From an uncultured bacterium (lineage in GTDB: Bacteria; Planctomycetota; UBA1135; GCA-002686595), in contig CALSNU010000004.1 of assembly GCA_943787795.1 (NCBI GenBank), positions 544,001-608,000 of the forward strand: a DNA stretch of 64,000 nt, written 5' to 3'. Every line of letters begins with the position of its first letter. Position 1 is the first letter of the stretch. The notes below the pieces were generated by a model, which searched no databases, was not told the origin of the DNA, and worked only from the letters and a program-made list of their open reading frames with translations. The translations under genes were made by a program, and so were the position numbers. This document shows positions 1-8,178 of the stretch, piece after piece.

Positions 1-2775
1 ACCCGAGAGCCTCTGGTCGAGGAGGCGGGACAGGTCAGCCTGCGGGGAGACATCCTCGACCTCTTCCCGTTCGCGTCGGACGAGCCGATCCGGATCGAGA
101 TGTTCGAGGAGGAGATCGAGTCCCTGCGCCGCTTCGAACCCGCGGAACAGCGCTCCGTCTCCACCCACGACGAGCTCGAGGTCTGCCTCGCTTCGGACGC
201 GGGCGGAGTGGAAGACGGCGACGGGATCTCGCTCCTCGAGCTCCTTGACCCCAAGACCCTCTGCGTCCGCGTCGAGCCCCTTCGGCTCGACGAGCGCGGG
301 AATGCCCTGAAGGTCCAATCTGCCCAGCACGAGCGCGCGCTGATGGGTCTCAACGCGGTCCTCTCCGACCGGCTCGTGCTCGATATCCAGAGCCTCCCCG
401 GCGAGGACGTCTCCCTCGACACTCGCTCGGTCCAAGGGCTCAGCTCGGGGATCTCCGCCTCGGCTCCCGAGCTCGCTCGCCTCGCGTCCGAGGGCACCCG
501 GGTCATCGTTGCGTGCCTCACGGAGGCCGAGCGGGACCGCGTCAGCGCCCAGTTCGAGAAGGCCGGCGCATCCGGCCTCGAGCTGGTGGTCGGCTTCGTG
601 TCGCGCGGCTTCCGAGCCCCGCCCTGGGGACTGCTCATCATCTGCAGCCATGAGCTGAAGGGCACCCTGGGCGCACGCAAGCGCGTCAGCGCCCGCGCGC
701 ACCAGCACAAGGTGAAGGCCCTGCAGAGCTTCTTCGAGCTCCGCCCCGGCGACCTCGTGGTCCACGCGGTCCACGGGCTCGCCAGGTACCAGGGGCTCAA
801 GCGCATGAAGCGCGGCACGGGCGAGGAGGAGCACCTGCACCTCGTCTTTGGGGGCGACGTCGCCCTCTATGTGCCGGCCAGCCGGATCGACATGGTCCAG
901 CGCTACATCGGCGCCGGAGGCTCCGGGCTCGCCCTGGACAAGATCGGCGGGCAGAGCTTCCGCAAGCGCAAGGAGAAGGTCGAGCAGGGGCTGTTTGACC
1001 TCGCCTCTGAGCTGATCGAGGTGCAGGCCAAGCGTCAGCTGCGCAAGCGCGCCCCCTGGGACGGAGACCCAGAGCTCGTGCAGCAGTTCCTGGACGAGTT
1101 CCCCTGGGACGACACGGAGGACCAGGTCGAGGTCACCACCGAGATGGCCCGCGACATCGCGTCCGAGCGCCCGATGGATCGGCTCCTGTGCGGTGACGTC
1201 GGCTTTGGCAAGACCGAGATGGCGGTGCGCGCCGCGTTCCGGGTCGTCAACGGCGGGGGTCAGGTCGCCGTGCTCGTCCCCACCACGATCCTCGCCGAGC
1301 AGCACCTCTCGACGTTTCGATCCCGGATGGCCGACTTCCCCCTCACGGTCCGTGGGCTGTCGCGCTACACCTCGGCGAGCGAGCGAAAGGAGACCCTCGA
1401 GGGGCTGCCCATGGGGCACGTGGACGTCGTCATCGGGACGCACCGGATTCTCTCGAAGGGACGTGAAGTTCAAGCGCCTCGGGATGGTGATCATCGACGA
1501 GGAACAGCGCTTTCGGCGTGACTCACAAGGAGCACTTCAAGAAGCTCCGCGCCAACGTCGACATGCTGACCCTCACGGCGACCCCGATCCCCGCGAACCC
1601 TGCACATGTCACTGTCAGGCGTCCGCGACATCTCCGCCCTCAATGCGCCGCCCCCGGGCCGCCAGGAGGTCGAGACCGTGCTCGGTTACCGCGAGGACGA
1701 TGCCGAGATCAAGGCAGCGTTCAGGCGTGAGCTCAAACCGCGGCGGGCAGATCTTCTTCCTCCACAACCGCGTGACCTCCATCGAGGCGGTGTGCGCCCA
1801 TCTGCGCCATATCGTCCCCCGACGCGCGCTACGCGATCGGGCACGGGCAGATGCCAGCCGCCGAGCTGCGGGAGGTCATGGCCGCCTTCCGCGACGGTGA
1901 GGTCGACGTGCTCGTGGCCACCACGATCATCGAGAACGGCGTGGACGTCCCGACGGCGAACACGATCTTCATCGACGACGCCGACCACTTCGGGCTCTCC
2001 GAGCTCCACCAGCTCCGAGGGGCCGGGTGGGGCGTGGATCCGTCAAGGCCCACTGCCACCTGCTGGTCGAGAAGCACAAGCCCCTCAAGCAGCACGCGCG
2101 CGAGCGGCTGAAGGCCCTCGAGGAGATGAACCACCTGGGAGCCGGGTTCGGGATCTCGGTCAAGGACCTCGAGCTCCGCGGAGCGGGCAACATCCTCGGC
2201 CCCCAGCAGTCAGGGCACATCGCCGCGGTGGGATACGACATGTACTGCCGGCTGCTGAAGCTGACGGTGGAGCGGCTCGCCGCGGGCGAGACCACCGATC
2301 GTGAGCGCCCGCGCTTCGAGGAGACCGAGGCCGGCTGCGAGCTCGAGGTGGTCTTCGGGCCTTCCTTCCTGAGACCTGGATCGAGAAGGCTGACGAGCGC
2401 CTCGACGCGCTCCGAGCCCTCTCCCAGAGCCCGGACGCCGAGATCCTCCAGCAGTCCTTCCAGGGGCTTCGGGATCGCTACGGTCGCCCGCCGGCGGAGG
2501 CCAAGGAGCTGCTGCGGCTCTTCGAGCTGAAGCTCCCCCTGGACCATGCCCGCGTCAAGCACGTGGCCTGGCACGGGGACCGCTACGTGATCCAGTACTC
2601 CGACGCTGTGGCATTCGAGCACCTCTTCGCCGGCCAGCGCCTGGGCGGACGCCAGCTCGATGTGCGGCGAATCAAGCCGGGGGTGGCCCATGTCGTGCTC
2701 CCCGGACACCTCGCCGACCACCCCGAGAAGGCCGTCCGTTGGCTCGAGAAGCTTGTTCAGTCGTCCACCGGTTGA
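1..2775 (+). CDS. mfd: Transcription-repair coupling factor Mfd (5'-truncated by window edge; frame broken by 7 indels between ~1459 and ~2350)
   Basis: CarD/RID segment ([17 protein letters not shown]), helicase motifs [81 protein letters not shown] and TRCF C-terminus (DRYGRPP) occur in order across frames; open frame from base 1. Confidence 0.95.
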
Positions 2776-2806
2776 TCTCACCCCCCGCTGCCCACAAGAT
2801 CCGGGC

Positions 2807-4084
2807 ATGCGCCCGCTCCGAATCGCCCACCACGCCCTCGTGGCTGCTGCTCTCGCCTCTCTTGGAAGTGGCCTGCTCTCCGCGGCCCCCGCTCAGGAGC
2901 GAGCAGCGAGCCCCGGCGCTTCGAATTCCGGCGCAGGGGCACCCACCCCTGAGGCGCCCGCGGCTGGGATAGCCCCGGCAGAGACGGACATCCAAGGCGA
3001 GGAGCCCTGGTCGCCCCGGACTCCGTTGGAGCTGGAGCTGCGCCAGACCTACTCTGACTGGCACTTCGCCGTGGTCGGGGACGAGATTCTCACCCAGCAG
3101 GACATCCGGCGGGCGATGCAGGGGCTCGAGGACCCAGCGCTATCCCCCGCCTCCAACCTCAGCCCCGAGGAGCTCTTGGGGCGGCAGGTCATGGAGGGAG
3201 CCGTCGCGCTGACGACGGAGGAGTTGAAGGTCCAAGGTGGTCAGAACCAAGGCTTCGATCCCGAGCTGATCCAGCGCGCCCTGGCGAGTGAGTTCTCGAG
3301 GCAAGTCGCCTCCAGAGGGGGCCCCGTGGCATTCTCCGACGTCCTGTCGAGGAGCGGCGCTGATGCGGACAGCTTCCGCCAAGTACTGCGGAGGAGGCTG
3401 CTCGGTCAGCTCTGGACCGACGCGGTCACCGGCAGGTCCGCAGGTGCCACAGGCCGCGTCTACGTCGACAGCTACGTTCGCCCGGCTTCCCTCTACCGTC
3501 GCTACAGGGAGCTCTTGGCCCGGCCGAACGCCCGAGACGCTGAAGAGATCGGGCGCCTGCCGGCCATGGTCTCCATGCGGCGCCTCGTGATCAGCAGCCA
3601 GCAGGAGCGCAGCGAACAAAGAGCCCTGGAGCTGGCGGAGGCCTGCCGCTTGGCCCTCCTCAACAATACGGCCACCTTTGACGACCTGGTCAATCAGTAC
3701 GCCCCCGAGGGCCTGAAGGGGGACCTTAGCCGCCTCGACATCACCCAGCTGCAGGCCGCCAGAATGCTCGGGGACCTTCACCCCGGGCCTTCGAGCGCCG
3801 AATTCCTGGCCAGCGCGGCCCCGGGCGACCTCTCACCCGTGCTGGGCTACATGGGTGCCCAGGGGGAGGTCTACTTCGCTCTGTACCGGCTCGAGGGCCG
3901 GGCCGAGGCCACTGAGGCCACCCCGTTCGGTGACCTGGAGCTCCAGTCGACGCTTCGGCAGGCCCTGCTCGAAGAGAACCGGGACCTGAATGTCAGGAGA
4001 GGGGTGAGCGAGCTGGCTCGAACGACCCGCGTCTCCGATCGGCAGCTGAAGGACCTGCTCATCCGGACGGGCGGACCGCGCTGA
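2807..4084 (+). CDS. SurA/PrsA-like exported chaperone / peptidyl-prolyl isomerase-like protein
   Basis: Signal peptide; AVVGDEILTQQDI resembles SurA N-domain; degenerate parvulin-like segment (ATFDDLVNQY...PGDLSPVL); directly after mfd, a common synteny. Confidence 0.6.
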   Translation: MRPLRIAHHALVAAALASLGSGLLSAAPAQERAASPGASNSGAGAPTPEAPAAGIAPAETDIQGEEPWSPRTPLELELRQTYSDWHFAVVGDEILTQQDIRRAMQGLEDPALSPASNLSPEELLGRQVMEGAVALTTEELKVQGGQNQGFDPELIQRALASEFSRQVASRGGPVAFSDVLSRSGADADSFRQVLRRRLLGQLWTDAVTGRSAGATGRVYVDSYVRPASLYRRYRELLARPNARDAEEIGRLPAMVSMRRLVISSQQERSEQRALELAEACRLALLNNTATFDDLVNQYAPEGLKGDLSRLDITQLQAARMLGDLHPGPSSAEFLASAAPGDLSPVLGYMGAQGEVYFALYRLEGRAEATEATPFGDLELQSTLRQALLEENRDLNVRRGVSELARTTRVSDRQLKDLLIRTGGPR

Positions 4085-4379
4085 GGCGTCCCGGACCGCT
4101 CCGGGCCGTCTCCGATCGGCCGACCAGCAGGGTTCCATCCCCGACAGCGGTAGCCGAACCGAGAATCGCTGGATAACCTCTGAACCCCGCTCGGCGCACC
4201 GCGTTGAGTGGCTGTCAGGGCGGCCCGCGCCGCCCGGACGCCCTATAACCCTCCTCCACCGGTCAGCGGCCCCCCGACTGACCGCTCCCACCAAACGGGT
4301 GGCTCCACCAGGATGCCCCCCCAGGAAACCTCCCCGGGAAGCCCTCTGGCCGATCAGCCAGCCCGGCGACGTCAACGCC

Positions 4380-5942
4380 ATGAGCAACGACTACAAGGAC
4401 ATCCAGATTGAATCCTCCATGCCCAAGCCCTGGGAGGAAGAGGAGACGTTCAACGACCAGCTCTACGAATGGATGAAGAGCGGGCCCTGGCTCCTGCTCT
4501 CGGGCGGCCTTCACGGCGTGGCGTTCCTGATCGTTGCGAACATCCCGTGGAGCATCTTCGACTCGACCCCCGATCAGAACGTTCAGGCATCGATCGAGCA
4601 GGCGCCCGAGCCGGAGATCGAGGAGCCTGAGGAGCCCGAGGAGGAGATCGAGGAGGAGACGGAAGAGGAGCCGATCATCGAGGACTTCGAGGTCTCCGAC
4701 CACAACGAGACCGACACGAACGAGGAGTTCGAGCAGTCCGAAGGCGACCCGACGATGGACTCGGACTCGCCGTTCGACAAGAACAACAGCAACTCACTGC
4801 TCGGCATCGGCGGGGGCGCCGGTGGCAAGTACGGTGGACGCTTCGGCGGCAAGCGAAACCTGCGCGCCGGCGGCGGCAAGGGCACCGAGCAGGCCATCAA
4901 GGACGGCCTCGAGTGGCTGAAGAAGCACCAGGACAAGGACGGCAAGTGGGACTGCGCCGAGTTCATGAAGCACGACCCCCCCGGGGACAAGTGCGACGGC
5001 GGCGGAGACGAGATCCACGACATCGGAGCCACCGGCCTCGCGCTGCTGGCGTTCCTCGGGGATGGCCACACCATGACCCGCGGCACCTACAAGGACGTGG
5101 TGAAGCGCGGCATCAAGTGGCTCGTTCAGGAGCAAGACAGGGAGAGCGGCCTGTTCGGCGACGGGATCGGCAAGCACTTCCTCTACGACCACTCGATCGC
5201 GACGCTCGCCATGTGCGAGACCTTCTACCTGGACAAGTCGATCCTGCTGAAGACCAAGGCCCAGAAGGCCATGGCCTTCATCAGCCGCGCGCGGAACCCG
5301 TACGGGGTGTGGCGTTACGACGTCCCGCCCAACGGAGACAACGACACCTCGGTCACCGGCTGGATGGTCTTCGCCATGAAGTCCGCCGAGGAAGGCAAGC
5401 TGAAGATCGATCGCCAGGCTTACAACGACGCGATCAACTGGTTCGACGAGATGACCGACCCGGGCACGGGACGGGTGGGTTACACGGCGGACGCCGGGGC
5501 CGGCAGCCCGAGCTCTCGCGTGACGGGAATGAACGACCAGTACCCCGCCGAGAACGGCGAGGCGCTGACGGCCGTCGCCCTGCTCTGCCGCTTCTTCCTG
5601 GGTCAGAACCCGGATGACAACCCGGTCATGAAGGACCACGCCGAGCTGCTGCTCCGCGACCTCCCCGAGTGGGACGGCAAGGACGGCTTCACGAACGACA
5701 TGTACTACTGGTACTACGGCTCGTACGCCATGTTCCAGATGGGCGGCAAGTACTGGAAGGCGTGGAAGAAGGCGCTTGAGACCGCGGTCCTCCGATCCCA
5801 GCGCAAGGACGGCTCCTCCAAGGGCTCCTGGGACCCGAACGGCCCCTGGGGCTACGCCGGCGGCCGCGTGTACTCGACGGCCACCATGGTGCTCTGCCTC
5901 GAGGCCTACTACCGCTACGCGCGCGTCCTCGGCGCTCGCTGA
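4380..5942 (+). CDS. Membrane-anchored prenyltransferase/squalene-cyclase-repeat (alpha/alpha toroid) protein, paralog 1
   Basis: N-terminal TM helix (PWLLLSGGLHGVAFL), acidic linker, QW-like repeats (GLEWLKKHQDKDGKW, WLVQEQD, SQRKDGSSKGSW), DTSVTGW, YYWYY, GGRVYSTA. Confidence 0.8.
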   Translation: MSNDYKDIQIESSMPKPWEEEETFNDQLYEWMKSGPWLLLSGGLHGVAFLIVANIPWSIFDSTPDQNVQASIEQAPEPEIEEPEEPEEEIEEETEEEPIIEDFEVSDHNETDTNEEFEQSEGDPTMDSDSPFDKNNSNSLLGIGGGAGGKYGGRFGGKRNLRAGGGKGTEQAIKDGLEWLKKHQDKDGKWDCAEFMKHDPPGDKCDGGGDEIHDIGATGLALLAFLGDGHTMTRGTYKDVVKRGIKWLVQEQDRESGLFGDGIGKHFLYDHSIATLAMCETFYLDKSILLKTKAQKAMAFISRARNPYGVWRYDVPPNGDNDTSVTGWMVFAMKSAEEGKLKIDRQAYNDAINWFDEMTDPGTGRVGYTADAGAGSPSSRVTGMNDQYPAENGEALTAVALLCRFFLGQNPDDNPVMKDHAELLLRDLPEWDGKDGFTNDMYYWYYGSYAMFQMGGKYWKAWKKALETAVLRSQRKDGSSKGSWDPNGPWGYAGGRVYSTATMVLCLEAYYRYARVLGAR

Positions 5943-5969
5943 TCGCGAGCGGGACGCTCCCGCGAGCTT

Positions 5970-6011
5970 GAACGCCCGCGCGGTCTTCGGACCGCGCGGG
6001 CGTTCTGCTTT
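5970..6011 (+). terminator. Intrinsic terminator between the two paralogs
   Basis: Perfect 16-bp stem GAACGCCCGCGCGGTC-TTCG-GACCGCGCGGGCGTTC followed by TGCTTT. Confidence 0.75.
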
Positions 6012-6153
6012 GGACTCCGAGGAGGCGCGCCCCCACCGCGCCTCCCTTCTCCGGTTCAGTCAAACACGACCTTCTTTTGGGCGTGAACCGGCCTCCTCGA
6101 GCCCCGTTCCCGGTGGCAACCACGTGATCGCCCGAGCGGCGAGGAGATCAAAG

Positions 6154-7692
6154 TTGACGACCGAAACAAGCCCAGCCCCCGCCTACCGCAACACGACCTG
6201 TGAGCAGGAGTCCTTCAGCGATGCGCTCTACCAGTGGATGGAGAGCGCCCCCTGGGTCGTGATCTCGGGAGCCCTCCACCTCTTGGCGCTCTTGATCCTG
6301 GCCGCGATCCCGTGGTCCATCTTCGAGCGACCTGAGGAGCAGATCATCTCGACTCATGTTGAGGCCGTTCCCGAGCCAGAGATCCTCGAGCCAGACGAGC
6401 CGGTTGAGGAGATCGAGCCCGAGCCGCTGACCGAGGTGGTCCCCGAGGTTGAGATTGATCAGCCCGTGGAGAGTGAGCTGTTCACCGAAGAGAACTCCAC
6501 GACTCCCGATGGCGACCCCACCCTCGACAGCGTCTCCCCCTTCGACAGCGTCAACCCGACCGCGATCGTCGGAATCGGGCCCGGCGCGCCTCCAGGGAGC
6601 GCTGGCCGGTTTGGCAACGGCGCCGGAGGACCCGGCCGTGCGCCCGGCGCCCGCTGCGTCACCCTCGCCCTCGACTGGCTCGCGGCTCACCAGGACGTTG
6701 ACGGCGGGTGGGATGCAGAGGGGTTCATGAAGCACGACCCCGCTGGAGACCGGACCGACGGAGCGGGATACGCGACCCACGACATCGGCGTCACCGGCCT
6801 CGCCCTGCTGGCGTTCCTTGGGAACGGGCACACCATGACCCGCGGCACCCACAAGGAGGTCGTCCGACGCGGCATCAAGTGGCTCGTCCGCCAGCAGGAT
6901 CGCGAGTCAGGGCTCTTCGGCGAGGAGATCGGACACGCCTTCCTCTACGACCACGCGATCGCGACCCTGGCCATGTGCGAGACGTACTACCTGGACAAGT
7001 CGACGGTGCTGAAGACCAAGGTGCAGCGGGCATTGAACTACGTCAGCCGGGCGCGCAACCCCTACGGAGTGTGGGGCTACTCGGTCCCACCGGACGGTAC
7101 GAACGACACCTCCGTCACGGGATGGATGGTCCTGGCCATGAAGTCGGCCGCCGACGCCGGCCTCCGAGTGGACCGCGAGGCCTTCACTGCCGCAGCGCAG
7201 TGGTTCGATGAGATGACCGACCCGGGGACCGGGCGAGTCGGCTACCGGGAGACCGGCTCGGCGAGCTCTCGCGTGAGGGGGATGAACGACGAGTATCCCG
7301 TGGAGAAGGGCGAGGCCCTGACCTCCGTGGCCCTGCTGTGTCGCTTCTTCCTCGGCCAGGACCCGGACGAGATGCCCGTGATGGAGCAGCACGCCGACCT
7401 GATCCTCGGCGCCCCCCCCCGTTGGGACCCCGAGGGCCTCGGCTGCGACATGTACCACTGGTACTACGGCTCCTACGCCATGTATCAGATGGGAGGCGAG
7501 CACTGGCGGCGCTGGCGCAAGGCCCTGGAGCCCGCGGTCATCGACTCCCAGCGCAGGGACGGCGCAGCGCGGGGCTCCTGGGACCCGATCGGGCCCTGGG
7601 GCGAGCCCGGCGGCCGCGTCTATTCGACGGCCACGATGGCGCTGTGCCTGGAAGCCTACTATCGGTACGGGCGCATCCTCGGCGGGAGGTGA
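6154..7692 (+). CDS. Prenyltransferase/squalene-cyclase-repeat protein, paralog 2 (tandem duplicate)
   Basis: GAGGAG at 6141 then in-frame TTG at 6154; colinear with paralog 1 (FMKHDP, GHTMTRGT, RESGLFG, DTSVTGW, EAYYRY). Confidence 0.8.
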   Translation: MTTETSPAPAYRNTTCEQESFSDALYQWMESAPWVVISGALHLLALLILAAIPWSIFERPEEQIISTHVEAVPEPEILEPDEPVEEIEPEPLTEVVPEVEIDQPVESELFTEENSTTPDGDPTLDSVSPFDSVNPTAIVGIGPGAPPGSAGRFGNGAGGPGRAPGARCVTLALDWLAAHQDVDGGWDAEGFMKHDPAGDRTDGAGYATHDIGVTGLALLAFLGNGHTMTRGTHKEVVRRGIKWLVRQQDRESGLFGEEIGHAFLYDHAIATLAMCETYYLDKSTVLKTKVQRALNYVSRARNPYGVWGYSVPPDGTNDTSVTGWMVLAMKSAADAGLRVDREAFTAAAQWFDEMTDPGTGRVGYRETGSASSRVRGMNDEYPVEKGEALTSVALLCRFFLGQDPDEMPVMEQHADLILGAPPRWDPEGLGCDMYHWYYGSYAMYQMGGEHWRRWRKALEPAVIDSQRRDGAARGSWDPIGPWGEPGGRVYSTATMALCLEAYYRYGRILGGR

Positions 7693-7780
7693 AGGTCGGG
7701 GGCGGGCCCCAGGCCCGCTCCCACCCCGCGGGGGCCTCGTCTCCGCCGGGGCCCCTACGTCCCAGCGCCCCCGCCCGTCC

Positions 7781-7860
7781 CTGAGCCTCTGAGCCTCTGA
7801 GCCACTGAGCCTCTGAGCCTCTGAGCCCCTGCGTCTCTGATCCTCTGCGTCTCTGATCCT
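7781..7860. repeat. 8-bp tandem repeat, 10 units (CTGAGCCT-type x6, then CTGCGTCT/CTGATCCT x2)
   Basis: Read directly from sequence. Confidence 0.9.
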
Positions 7861-8056
7861 GGGGGGGGGCGGTCGATCGTCTTCGATCCCTCGCCCCGGC
7901 TCGACCTGGACGAAACTCCCCGGCAGAACAGCCCGAGCACGGGGAGAATATGTCCGGGAATTAGGCGCCCACGAATCTGTCACCGAGACCTGCGACCATC
8001 GCCCTCAGGTGGTCCTCAAGTCGCTGTCAGCGGCCTATTTGTGGCGTCAGGACGGA

Positions 8057-8072
8057 CCACAATATTTGGGGT
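8057..8072 (+). promoter_or_regulatory. NrdR box 1
   Basis: CCACAATATTTGGGGT matches consensus acaCwAtATaTwGtgt; upstream of nrdA. Confidence 0.8.
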
Positions 8073-8087
8073 GCACCAGCCTGGGGC

Positions 8088-8103
8088 GGCCCATATACTG
8101 GGG
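8088..8103 (+). promoter_or_regulatory. NrdR box 2, overlapping a probable -10 element (TATACT)
   Basis: GGCCCATATACTGGGG, weaker match but 31 bp from box 1, the usual tandem NrdR spacing. Confidence 0.65.
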
Positions 8104-8140
8104 TCATGACGCTTGCCCATCCGCTCTTCCTGCCGAATGA

Positions 8141-8156
8141 CCACAAGATGTTGTGG
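8141..8156 (+). promoter_or_regulatory. NrdR box 3
   Basis: CCACAAGATGTTGTGG inside palindrome TGACCACAAGATGTTGTGGTCA; 84 bp from box 1. Confidence 0.8.
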
Positions 8157-8178
8157 TCAGGCGACCGAAGAGGTGGAC

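Noticed and set aside
4380..7692. Squalene-hopene or oxidosqualene cyclase (hopanoid/sterol synthesis)
   Set aside because: Single toroid with TM anchor, no DxDD or DCTAE motif, no hpn or sterol genes adjacent
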